A DNA stretch of 37,926 nucleotides from the UHGV virus genome UHGV-0206543, one strand, 5' to 3'. The position numbers and the translations under genes are program-made. Of this stretch, positions 18,122 to 26,563 are shown piece after piece. A model generated the notes under the pieces. The model was not told the DNA's origin. It did not search any database and was given only the letters and a program-made list of their open reading frames with translations. This stretch comes from a virus. Within the stretch, counting starts at the first letter, position 1; each line of letters opens with the position of its first letter.

Positions 18122-19653
18122 TATTCCTCATCTCCCAACTCTTTACTAACTCTAAACTCTTCAATTTCAGATGGATCTAATCCAGCTTCCTCTTCTTGAA
18201 TACGTTTATACCACTTCGAGGCTTCTTCATCTGTCAATTTGAATATCCCTTTTAGCGCTTCTGTTACTGGTACTAACCCAGCTATTTTCGCTTTACTGAA
18301 AAATTCTAGCTTTTGGTCTAAATTAGAAAAAATCCCGTCGTCGAAGTCCACGCTGATTTCTTCAAAGTCAGGTATTTTACCTGTGTACAACGACTTTCCT
18401 TGGTATATGGTTCTTTTTGCTAATTCTAGTGTAGAAACTACCAAGCCCTTGATGAACTTTTCTACTTCGTTACACTGCATATTACGCGTACGATAAGTTA
18501 AAGAGTTCTCGCTTGCTACTTCTGTTGCAGTTTTCACGGATTTCCCGTCGAAACTAAACGTACCAACACTAAGTTGCATTTGCATTTCTAATGTTTTCAT
18601 AAACTGATTGATAGCCGAAATGTACTGTTCTGTTCGAATGTCGTTTGTAATGTCTTTAATTAGTTCACTGTCTTGTTCCATTCGCATTGGTCGATAGATA
18701 TTAACATCTGGATCAAAAATCGGTTTCATGCTGTTCCCTTGTTCATCTGGATGATAATCGAGTACATGGTCACTTACAATAACTGTTCGCTGCCCCATTC
18801 GTATCTCCCAGTTAAATTGATCATACGCATCGTTGATTTGCTTGAGAGTATTTACTGAATTGTCACATATACCTATCCCTAAAGGACTGTACAAACTAAA
18901 GTTATTAAACCCAGCTGGTTTTAAATAATTAAACAGCGGTTTCTTCATGTCTGTTATGTTCGCTGATTCTGACAGCCCTTCATATTGCCCGTTATAGCCA
19001 AGTTGTACCCTCTTGCCTATCTTGTTCGCTTCCTCTGAACGGTATAACTCATTGGTAATTTTTACATTCCCGTTTATCCATTCGTGGAATTCTAAAAGCG
19101 TATAGTACACTGTCTTACTATTTTCAGTTTCAACCGTTTTAAAAAGCATGACGCCTTCAGAAATGCCGTTTGTTGTTGAACGTAACGGATAAAAGGCATT
19201 TGCTAACGCCCAAGAAAACTCCATTTCACCAGTATTCATATCAACGTAAGGACGTATCGCAAGACCACCTGCTGCAAACATTGGTTCTAAATACCTTGTC
19301 ATATTCTTTTTAAAATCATTGTGTTCGAATACGTGTTGTATATATTCATTTGCTTGTTCATCATCTACTTTAATGTCTACTTGTTCATTAAAGACTAAAC
19401 TAGCCATCATTTCTGCCGTTAGCTTTCTCATGTTTAAAGCCATATACTTACGTTTTCTTATTTCGTTATTCGAATTAACATATTCAATAACGCCATAGTC
19501 GTTTCTATACTCTTTAAAATCTTGTTCAATCCGTTGTAATTCTAACGGGTCTATATTTACTTTTGGATGATCGTTAATGCTCGTTAATTCTTGCCCAGTC
19601 AATGCATAGCCTCCTCTCTTAAATAGTCCTTTCACAGCTTCAATAAACTTCAT
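18121..19653 (-). CDS. portal protein (SPP1-type)
   Basis: It is about 510 aa and directly downstream of terL. The start ATG at 19653 overlaps the terL stop (TAATG) and has RBS TTGGAGG. Confidence 0.85.
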   Translation of the reverse strand: MKFIEAVKGLFKRGGYALTGQELTSINDHPKVNIDPLELQRIEQDFKEYRNDYGVIEYVNSNNEIRKRKYMALNMRKLTAEMMASLVFNEQVDIKVDDEQANEYIQHVFEHNDFKKNMTRYLEPMFAAGGLAIRPYVDMNTGEMEFSWALANAFYPLRSTTNGISEGVMLFKTVETENSKTVYYTLLEFHEWINGNVKITNELYRSEEANKIGKRVQLGYNGQYEGLSESANITDMKKPLFNYLKPAGFNNFSLYSPLGIGICDNSVNTLKQINDAYDQFNWEIRMGQRTVIVSDHVLDYHPDEQGNSMKPIFDPDVNIYRPMRMEQDSELIKDITNDIRTEQYISAINQFMKTLEMQMQLSVGTFSFDGKSVKTATEVASENSLTYRTRNMQCNEVEKFIKGLVVSTLELAKRTIYQGKSLYTGKIPDFEEISVDFDDGIFSNLDQKLEFFSKAKIAGLVPVTEALKGIFKLTDEEASKWYKRIQEEEAGLDPSEIEEFRVSKELGDEE

Positions 19654-20993
19654 TAGCGTTTTAACCTCCAATCTCTTGCGTTGTCTAGGCATGCATACTT
19701 GAAAGCATCCACGCTGTGGTCAAACTCTTTAATTACTTTTGGATCATCTGAATTTAAATAGCGTTCATCAAATTGGTATCGTTTGTGTTCTTCAACAAAT
19801 AATGTCAGGTCATCACAATTAGGCAATCCTGTTTTAAGCGTAGATTTCAAATAATAAAAACGCCCTTGCGCTAATAAGTCATGGACGTAGTCAATCATAT
19901 CGATATTCTTTTTCTTTGCTACAGGGTGCCATCTTTTCCCGTAATCTTTAAAGTATTGATTCCTCAAACCGCCTTCTGCGCTATCTATTGTTCGCTGTAT
20001 AATTCGGGCATTCCCAACAGAGGCATGCTTAGAGGTTCGTTCGATGAACTCGTGTAACTCTTTAGATAAATCACTCGGCGCTTTTTTTACCGTCTTTCCT
20101 TGCGGACTGTAATAGTACATGTTAAGCAATATCACATTTCCTTTAGCAGTTAGACCAAAACATAAGCAAACAGTTGCTGATGTTTGATGCCCTACGTCAG
20201 TTGCGTAATACAAGCCGACTATTCTATCGTCATCTGGTAACGTATCAAGTTCATGAAAGAGGTCGATATTGTAAACATTTGTTCCAAGTCCTACAGGCTC
20301 ACCTAAGTATAAATACCTGTAGTAATCAATGTCGTTTTCTTTTATGCGGTTAATATCTTCTAGCATTTGGTCTGTTACAAAACCTAGTTCATCATTCAGA
20401 TAACTAGATTCGTGAACCAGATAGTTTTTTTGCCCTTTTAACGCCTCTGACCACTCATTAATCCATGAATAGGGATTTCTTGGTGGGTTATAACTCCAAA
20501 AGAACTGAACCGTATCGGCCAGTGGGTGTTTTTGTCTCATAAAAGTAGTATTCGACTGATCAAATTCTTCGGCGTTTTTAAATTCAGCCGCTTCCTCATA
20601 CCAAACAGCGATAATATTGCCTATGTCATTCGATTTCAATTTCTGAAAATCGTCTTGACCATAAAAATAGAATGTAGAGCCTGTCTCTTTGTGCGTAATT
20701 TTAAAGGGAGATACCGTACAAGTAAACTGATCCATCAAACCAAACTTATTTAATGCCCATTGTATTTTTAAATAGACACTATCGCGTATTGTATTAGCCA
20801 CTTTACGAATAACAACTACGTTCGCCTTCTCGCCTGTCAAAAGGTATTTAATCATCATGTAAACCAACAATAGCGCAATTACTGACGATTTAAACGAGTT
20901 TCGGCCACCCTTTAATATGTTATACGGCTTTTTCGTTTTCCAAACCGATTTAAAGTGAGGATTAACTTCTTTTTGAATGTGAATTTTACTCAT
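19653..20993 (-). CDS. terL: terminase large subunit (PBSX/Terminase_3-like)
   Basis: An N-terminal ATPase P-loop region (ILKGGRNSFKSS) and a C-terminal nuclease region are present. The start ATG at 20993 overlaps the terS stop. Confidence 0.9.
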   Translation of the reverse strand: MSKIHIQKEVNPHFKSVWKTKKPYNILKGGRNSFKSSVIALLLVYMMIKYLLTGEKANVVVIRKVANTIRDSVYLKIQWALNKFGLMDQFTCTVSPFKITHKETGSTFYFYGQDDFQKLKSNDIGNIIAVWYEEAAEFKNAEEFDQSNTTFMRQKHPLADTVQFFWSYNPPRNPYSWINEWSEALKGQKNYLVHESSYLNDELGFVTDQMLEDINRIKENDIDYYRYLYLGEPVGLGTNVYNIDLFHELDTLPDDDRIVGLYYATDVGHQTSATVCLCFGLTAKGNVILLNMYYYSPQGKTVKKAPSDLSKELHEFIERTSKHASVGNARIIQRTIDSAEGGLRNQYFKDYGKRWHPVAKKKNIDMIDYVHDLLAQGRFYYLKSTLKTGLPNCDDLTLFVEEHKRYQFDERYLNSDDPKVIKEFDHSVDAFKYACLDNARDWRLKR

Positions 20994-21777
20994 CGACGTC
21001 GCTCCACTCATCAATAATAGTCACTGACAACTGTCCAGCGTTATCTTTTTGCATACCTTTTTCTATTTTCATTGTTTGAGCAGTTATAAATGAAATACGA
21101 CTATCACTTATAGCAAGTTCTTTTTGTTGTTTAATCGCCTTTATTAATTGATTGCTAACACGAGTTAACGCATCTTCAATTGCTAAGATGTCATCTAACT
21201 TTCTAAATGTCTTACGAGTTATTTGTACATCTTTCAAAACTTCTCTTTTAACAGTAACCATTTTCCCATCAATTACCGATGGCTCTTTAACTTTCCGAAG
21301 CTGCTGCAAACGTTCAACTTCTTCGTCGTTTAAGCCTGCCTCTGCATCTTTGATGCGTTTAAGCATTCTATATTGACGAATTTTTAGGATTCTTATTTCT
21401 TCCTCCAAAATAAAAAAAGGATCATCATTCATTGTAGAATAGATGTCCTTTTCTTCGTCAGATAACATATCGGCAAATATTGTTTCATATTCGCCAGTTT
21501 TAATAGCGTTCTTATTACCTTTAGGAGGAGAACCTCCTTTGTTCCCTTTAGCATTTTTATTACCTGGCGGCGCTCCACCTTTATTGGTAACGTTACTATT
21601 CGATTTAGTAACGTTACCTTTTAATTCCTCCGCCCATTTATCAACAGATTTCCATTTCCTGATTTGAGAATCAGAAACATTTAGTTCACTAGCTAATTCT
21701 TTAAGAACCTTTTTCCCACCTGAATCTAGCCATATTTTTTTAGCTTCATCACGACGAGGGTCTCTTTTTCTAGCCAT
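20986..21777 (-). CDS. terS: terminase small subunit
   Basis: The N-terminal HTH (LASELNVSDSQIRKWK) and a Gly/Asn/Lys-rich linker lie immediately upstream of terL. Confidence 0.75.
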   Translation of the reverse strand: MARKRDPRRDEAKKIWLDSGGKKVLKELASELNVSDSQIRKWKSVDKWAEELKGNVTKSNSNVTNKGGAPPGNKNAKGNKGGSPPKGNKNAIKTGEYETIFADMLSDEEKDIYSTMNDDPFFILEEEIRILKIRQYRMLKRIKDAEAGLNDEEVERLQQLRKVKEPSVIDGKMVTVKREVLKDVQITRKTFRKLDDILAIEDALTRVSNQLIKAIKQQKELAISDSRISFITAQTMKIEKGMQKDNAGQLSVTIIDEWSDVDE

Positions 21778-21835
21778 CCATTAACACCACCTCGCTTTTC
21801 GCTTCAATAGTTGAGTTTGTTTTCTATATTTACAA

Positions 21836-22024
21836 TCATAATTCTTTTAACTGACTTTCAATTTCAATTAAGTCTTTTAGGTCCTTAACTGTATTCAATT
21901 TGATCTGACCCGCTTTAAAGTTGCTTATCCATTGAGCCTTTGCAGCCCTGATAAGCTTATTGTTTTCTTCTGCAACCTTTTGCTTTTCTAAAGCTTGTTG
22001 AACTTCATAATCAAATGTTTCCAT
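21836..22024 (-). CDS. hypothetical protein (about 62 aa, METFDYEVQQALEK...)
   Basis: RBS GAGGT lies 9 nt before ATG 22024. The upstream extension in the ORF track overlaps a regulatory inverted repeat. Confidence 0.4.
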   Translation of the reverse strand: METFDYEVQQALEKQKVAEENNKLIRAAKAQWISNFKAGQIKLNTVKDLKDLIEIESQLKEL

Positions 22025-22056
22025 TGTAGAATACCTCGCACTATTATATAATGCTA

Positions 22057-22104
22057 AAAGACACAGAACTTCCTTTAGAGCATGCATGCCAGCTTCTGTG
22101 TCTT
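22057..22104. promoter_or_regulatory. inverted repeat IR-B (AAGACACAGAA ... GCATGCATGC ... TTCTGTGTCTT) abutting a minus-strand TATAAT
   Basis: An 11-bp perfect inverted repeat surrounds a GCATGC core. On the minus strand, TATAAT follows about 16 nt after the right arm. Confidence 0.4.
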
Positions 22105-22159
22105 CGGGGTATTCGTATCTCGTTGAAGTAGTCGAGTGTTAGCGCACTCGGCTTCTTTT

Positions 22160-22351
22160 TTATCTTAAAAAGGAAACGAAAGAGATTGTTTTAGGTTTCT
22201 GGTTAAACTTCTTAGCAATCTCAATTGATTTTTTGTTGTACGCTTCAATAAACGGCTCGATACGTTCTTTTGCTTCTTCTCTAGTGATTAAGTTACTTCT
22301 ATATAAGCTTCTAGCGTTTTCTGCTACGCTTTTTAGTTCTTTATTTGTCAT
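22160..22351 (-). CDS. hypothetical protein (63 aa)
   Basis: Intact ORF in the terminase-proximal late region. Confidence 0.35.
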   Translation of the reverse strand: MTNKELKSVAENARSLYRSNLITREEAKERIEPFIEAYNKKSIEIAKKFNQKPKTISFVSFLR

Positions 22352-22388
22352 AATCCATCACCTCTTGCAGAGCATAAACGATTACTTT

Positions 22389-23723
22389 TTATTCGTCCAG
22401 TGATTCCAGTACAGTTTCTAACTCATCATCTAATGTTTCTAGTGCTTCAAAATGTTTACTAATTTTTTGAGGATTTCCTTTGTAGAACACTAAGACATTT
22501 TGGTGAATTCTAACTACTTTTCTATTGTTCATTGATTGTCTAGCCCTTAATGCTGCAGAACCAGCAGTGTTCAATAAAATCATGTCATTATAGAAAAATA
22601 ATCCTTCTTCAGAAAAAGCTTGTTTAGTTAATCCTGTTAAATCTCTATAGAAGCCTTTTTTGTCTCGAACATCTGAAATAGTAACAACAGCAAAGCGATT
22701 ATCTTTTAGTTTTCTAGCAGAACGTTTTAAAATTTCACTATATGCTTCTGCAAACTCTTCATAGGACATATTACTAATGTCTCGTTTATCGTCTGAATAA
22801 ACTTCTAAATCGGCATATGGCGGGCATGTAAATAATAGGTCTTGGCTTTCGTCTTCAATGTGATTATCTATATTCAAGCTATCATCACAAATCCAGTTAA
22901 TATCACTCAAACCAATTTCTCGAGCATTAGCATAGTTTGCACTTACTTGTTCTGCTCTCAAATCAATACCTGTGTAATTATGGCCAAGAACTTTTGCTAC
23001 TATTCCACGCACAGAACCACCAGCGAATGGATCAAAAATATTGCTTTCTGTTTTAGGTGTAAACCAACGATACCCTAATTCGCATAGAACAGGGTCAAAA
23101 ATAGATGTTCCTTCTAGTCCTGTCGCTTGCAAGTTAGCACTAAAAACTAAATTATCTTCTCGGCCAAGCTCACTCTTAATTCCCAATTCTTTCCACTGTT
23201 TTTTACGATCTAACCATCTTTTGGTTTTTGTATCTAGGTAGGAAAACGGCGGAAACAAAAAAGAATCAAATAAATTTGAATTCAATGGATTAGCTTTTAC
23301 TTTATCTGCTAATGTCTCAATTTCATCTAAATCTGATAGTAAATCATCTAATTCTTCTTGATTAAATCCTGTTAGAGATAGTTCATCTGTGTTAAGCTCG
23401 TTCAGTAACTCAACTAATTTATCTTCATCCCACTGGCCAGAAATTTTATTTAAAGCTATGTTTAAAGCTTTTTCTTTTTCGATAGGTAAATCTACAATGG
23501 ATACTTCAATTTCGCCAATTCCTAAATCTTTTGCTACCGATACACGCTGATGGCCACCAACTAAATTTCCTGTTCTTTTATTAAAAATAGGCGGATCAAC
23601 AAAGCCAAATTCTTGAATAGATTGTTTTAGCTTCTCGTATTCTTCCATGCCTGGTTTTAATTCTATTCTTGGATTGTAGTCAGCAGGGTGTAGTTCTGAT
23701 AACTTCATCTTTTCAATATTCAT
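22389..23723 (-). CDS. ParB-like nuclease domain fused to DNA methyltransferase
   Basis: The N-terminal ParB/Srx fold reads HPADYNPR...GGHQRV. The C-terminal MTase motif I is DPFAGGS and the motif IV-like sequence is TCPPYADLE. Confidence 0.8.
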   Translation of the reverse strand: MNIEKMKLSELHPADYNPRIELKPGMEEYEKLKQSIQEFGFVDPPIFNKRTGNLVGGHQRVSVAKDLGIGEIEVSIVDLPIEKEKALNIALNKISGQWDEDKLVELLNELNTDELSLTGFNQEELDDLLSDLDEIETLADKVKANPLNSNLFDSFLFPPFSYLDTKTKRWLDRKKQWKELGIKSELGREDNLVFSANLQATGLEGTSIFDPVLCELGYRWFTPKTESNIFDPFAGGSVRGIVAKVLGHNYTGIDLRAEQVSANYANAREIGLSDINWICDDSLNIDNHIEDESQDLLFTCPPYADLEVYSDDKRDISNMSYEEFAEAYSEILKRSARKLKDNRFAVVTISDVRDKKGFYRDLTGLTKQAFSEEGLFFYNDMILLNTAGSAALRARQSMNNRKVVRIHQNVLVFYKGNPQKISKHFEALETLDDELETVLESLDE

Positions 23724-23725
23724 AT

Positions 23726-23959
23726 CTAATCCCTCATGCTTCGTTTAATATTTTCTTGAATGTTCTTCTCATCAAAATAGCCATGCCCACAATAAACTAG
23801 CTTACACGCATCAATTTCCTTTGGCGTGGCTTCTCTCGTCATTTCAATAATTGAAGCGTTCTTCTTTATCTGTACAGACATAACAACGCGCATCGAAACA
23901 GTTGAGCGGTTCGACTGTGGATATTTATGTGTTAGCGATACATACCAATAGCTTTTCAT
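23726..23959 (-). CDS. hypothetical protein (77 aa), first gene of late operon
   Basis: RBS AGGAGAG precedes it. It is coupled to the downstream ParB-MTase gene. Confidence 0.4.
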   Translation of the reverse strand: MKSYWYVSLTHKYPQSNRSTVSMRVVMSVQIKKNASIIEMTREATPKEIDACKLVYCGHGYFDEKNIQENIKRSMRD

Positions 23960-24324
23960 ATTTTTCTCTCCTAGTTGTTTTATGTACTTGATTCAATAAA
24001 TCACTTCTTGCTATACTATTTATGGGTAGCAACTCCTTTTTGTAAATAGCAATCAACAAAAATTGTGCACGAATGCTACCTAGCTACTAGATCCCATAGT
24101 CTAGTGGCTTTTTTATGTACAAAAAAAGACCACTCATTTTTATTGAGTAGTCTAAAGATTTGTATTAGACTGCCTAGCCAATCTAACACTTATTTAACAA
24201 TACTAGGTTGCTAGCCACTTTATCCTGTTTCCGCAGGCTGGCTAATTCTGAAAGGAGGTGAACCGATCGTTAAAGTAAGAAACATTTATTGACGATTCTT
24301 TTATTTAAGTAGCTATGCTACCTA

Positions 24325-24396
24325 CTGGAACAATAGGACTCGAACCTATACCGACGGTTTTGGAGACCGCTGCTCTACCAGTTAAGCTATATCCCA
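24325..24396 (-). tRNA. tRNA-Trp (anticodon CCA), 72 nt, phage-encoded, unusual U1-A72 and two G-U pairs in acceptor stem
   Basis: Reverse complement is TGGGATATAGCTTAACTGGTAGAGCAGCGGTCTCCAAAACCGTCGGTATAGGTTCGAGTCCTATTGTTCCAG. It closely parallels the Bacillus tRNA-Trp architecture. Confidence 0.8.
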
Positions 24397-24642
24397 TTAA
24401 CACTCACAAACCTGTAGAAAAAAGAGAGAGGAATTACACCCCATTTCTTTTAGTTTGAGAACGTCTGATTTGTGAGTGATCATTGCAAACTACATAGCGC
24501 TATCTTGACAAGTGCTTTCGGCGTACGTCTACGTGTAAGCTTAATGCCAAGTTTATTGCAATATTTGCTACCTAGACTAAACGAGACAGAAAGAACTGGA
24601 TTTTCCACATCCTTATTCTTTATTTTTTATAGGTAGCCTCAA

Positions 24643-24702
24643 AAGATAAGCGAAACGGAGCTAAGATAGGTAATGCATGCCTTACCCTCGTCTCCTTATC
24701 TT
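24643..24702. promoter_or_regulatory. inverted repeat IR-A (AAGATAAG ... GGTAAT-GCATGC-CTTACC ... CTTATCTT) abutting a minus-strand TATAAA
   Basis: Nested palindromes surround a GCATGC core. The layout is the same as IR-B. The repeat sits upstream of tRNA-Trp and the late genes. Confidence 0.4.
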
Positions 24703-24740
24703 TCGACACTACCATAATAACACCTAAATATTGATAAAAA

Positions 24741-24769
24741 CCGCCAACTTTCCGCCAAAAAACCGCCAA
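24741..24769. repeat. three direct CCGCCAA (minus strand TTGGCGG) repeats at 11-bp phasing immediately 3' of arpU
   Basis: The sequence is aaaaCCGCCAActttCCGCCAAaaaaCCGCCAAaa. One-helical-turn spacing suggests a protein binding array. Confidence 0.35.
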
Positions 24770-24773
24770 AATT

Positions 24774-25190
24774 TTATTTATAGGCAATTATTTTTCCATT
24801 TCGATAAGCTTCAGCAAATTCAATTAAAGCCTCTGATTTCATTCGTTGAATACTTCTTTCAGAATATCCAACTTCCCTAGCTATCTTGTAATTAGAGTAA
24901 TGGTCCTGCACACAGAAACTATAATGCAAAATTTGTCTGCTAGTTAGGCTTAATGCCATAAGCGCAGATAAAATTGCGTCTCTTTCTGCTTCTGCATCTG
25001 CTAATTGTACTAGCGCATCTTCTGCTTTGTTCCCATGACTTTGGCTTTTAGGCATATCTGTAATAATTGGTGATTTTAAATCTATCAAAGAGCGACCAGC
25101 TATTCGCTCTAAACGTCTAAAATTCTTCAACACATTTCTAGCATTCGCTTTTGTTTGTCGAAAATCTACTTCTTTTAGCAATTGAATCAA
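24774..25190 (-). CDS. ArpU-family late transcriptional regulator (sigma-like)
   Basis: It is 138 aa. A C-terminal region-4-like HTH reads YKIAREVGYSERSIQRMK. It uses a TTG start with RBS AAGGAG 9 nt upstream. Its position before the late genes is typical. Confidence 0.75.
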   Translation of the reverse strand: MIQLLKEVDFRQTKANARNVLKNFRRLERIAGRSLIDLKSPIITDMPKSQSHGNKAEDALVQLADAEAERDAILSALMALSLTSRQILHYSFCVQDHYSNYKIAREVGYSERSIQRMKSEALIEFAEAYRNGKIIAYK

Positions 25191-25206
25191 GTGAAATCGC
25201 TCCTTT

Positions 25207-25258
25207 TGTGGTATAATAATAACGACTTTTCCACAAAGTTACCCACACATTATCCACA
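25207..25258. promoter_or_regulatory. face-to-face extended -10 promoter pair: TGTGGTATAAT (plus, 25207-25217) and its inverted copy ATTATCCACA (25249-25258, i.e. TGTGGATAAT on minus)
   Basis: A perfect inverted repeat of TGnTATAAT-type elements lies 31 bp apart, directly upstream of the arpU start. Confidence 0.35.
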
Positions 25259-25280
25259 GCCAGAGCAATCTGGCTTTTTT
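25259..25280 (+). terminator. plus-strand intrinsic terminator (GCCAGA-gcaa-TCTGGC-TTTTTT)
   Basis: A canonical hairpin plus T6 runs opposite to the local gene direction. Confidence 0.5.
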
Positions 25281-25393
25281 GTTGGCAGCTTTCTTTACTC
25301 ATGATAAAATATTTTTATTGTGACCAATGTTTGGGGTAGAGTAACCTCACATATCACAAGCTACCACTTTTCTGGTAAAATATTCTTCTTAGT

Positions 25394-25418
25394 CAACCAG
25401 TGGTCGGTTGGCTTTTTT
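25394..25418 (+). terminator. plus-strand intrinsic terminator (CAACC-agtggtc-GGTTG-GC-TTTTTT)
   Basis: A hairpin plus T6 follows an upstream TGGTAAAAT extended -10-like element at 25373-25381. Confidence 0.4.
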
Positions 25419-25490
25419 ATACTTGATTTTTTATAATGGGTTTGGTATAAAAATACTATAAAAAATAAACTTAATATTATTTCTTACAGA

Positions 25491-25520
25491 ACTACCTAGC
25501 GGAAACTAGGTAGTTTTTTT
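25491..25520 (+). terminator. plus-strand intrinsic terminator (ACTACCTAG-cggaaa-CTAGGTAGT-TTTTTTT)
   Basis: A 9-bp perfect stem plus T7 follows a TTGATT-17-TATAAA / TGGTATAAA element at 25423-25451. Confidence 0.55.
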
Positions 25521-25533
25521 ATACTATCATTTA

Positions 25534-25734
25534 TTATTCTTCCAATGCCCATCCCATTAATTTACTCATTTCAAATACTACATTTCGTCTTACTCCAGTT
25601 GAAATACCTAGATAATTAAATTTTAAAACATCCCATTCTAAATCAGTTGTAACTGTTTCAACATGCCTAACATCTTCAAACTTCATTGTTTCACCAGTCG
25701 GTAGCCATATGATCAAACTTTTTGATTTTTCCAT
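25534..25734 (-). CDS. hypothetical protein (66 aa)
   Basis: Intact ORF in the early region. Confidence 0.35.
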   Translation of the reverse strand: MEKSKSLIIWLPTGETMKFEDVRHVETVTTDLEWDVLKFNYLGISTGVRRNVVFEMSKLMGWALEE

Positions 25735-25737
25735 TTA

Positions 25738-26310
25738 TTATCCCTCCACCTTCACAGCAAACGGCCAATAGCGCTCATCAATTGCTTTGATTACTGATTC
25801 AGTAAGTTTATATGCTGAATCGTGCCAATTTGTTAGTTCTTCATACTCAACAAGTCTAGCATCAGTTCTACCACTAAAAAGTTGCACTAAATATTTATGG
25901 TCAATAACTACTTTATACAACTGTTCTTTCTCGACTTCGTAGCCGTTATCAATGGCGCTCATTAGTTTTACTTTATTTTTTGGAACTGTAAGCCAGCTCT
26001 CTATTTTTTCAGTTAAAAACGAGTATTCTTCATCATAGTACCGCTCTAACTGTCTGCCGATGAACGTCATGAAAACAGCACCAGAATTTAACTTAACATT
26101 ACTGATTTGACCTCTTAAACCATCAAGCCAATCTGCCACAAATTTCTCTTCATGTGAAAATATGACTTTTCCCTGTACTTTGAGTTCTTTTATGACCTCA
26201 ATTGCTGCATTTACTCCATCGTCATAACCTCTTGACCATTCATCTTCTGCATCGCAGCCTCCGATATCATAGAGCGCTTGAATTAAATCTTCTTTTTCTT
26301 GTTTATTCAT
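25738..26310 (-). CDS. hypothetical early protein (about 190 aa, MNKQEKEDLIQALYD...)
   Basis: RBS GGGAGGGG precedes ATG 26310. A longer upstream extension is unlikely. Confidence 0.4.
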   Translation of the reverse strand: MNKQEKEDLIQALYDIGGCDAEDEWSRGYDDGVNAAIEVIKELKVQGKVIFSHEEKFVADWLDGLRGQISNVKLNSGAVFMTFIGRQLERYYDEEYSFLTEKIESWLTVPKNKVKLMSAIDNGYEVEKEQLYKVVIDHKYLVQLFSGRTDARLVEYEELTNWHDSAYKLTESVIKAIDERYWPFAVKVEG

Positions 26311-26563
26311 CGCTGCCCCTCCCAAAAAAGTCAACATTTCCTAGGATTTCTAATTCTCCATCTGGGTAAACATCTAACCAATCATGAGCACCAATAAAAT
26401 TATTAAAGGCATTCAAACCTTTTGTTTTATGATGGTGATTTACTCCAAAACCGACTAATAAAATTTCACCTCGTAACGTTCGAACAACGTCATGATATTT
26501 AATTACTTTACCGTTCTTGTCTTTTACCTCTTCAACACAATTTTTGTAATTTTCATAACTCAT
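26303..26563 (-). CDS. hypothetical protein (86 aa) with YopX-C-terminus-like LEILGNV motif
   Basis: It is translationally coupled (ATGA) to the upstream small ORF. Confidence 0.35.
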   Translation of the reverse strand: MSYENYKNCVEEVKDKNGKVIKYHDVVRTLRGEILLVGFGVNHHHKTKGLNAFNNFIGAHDWLDVYPDGELEILGNVDFFGRGSDE

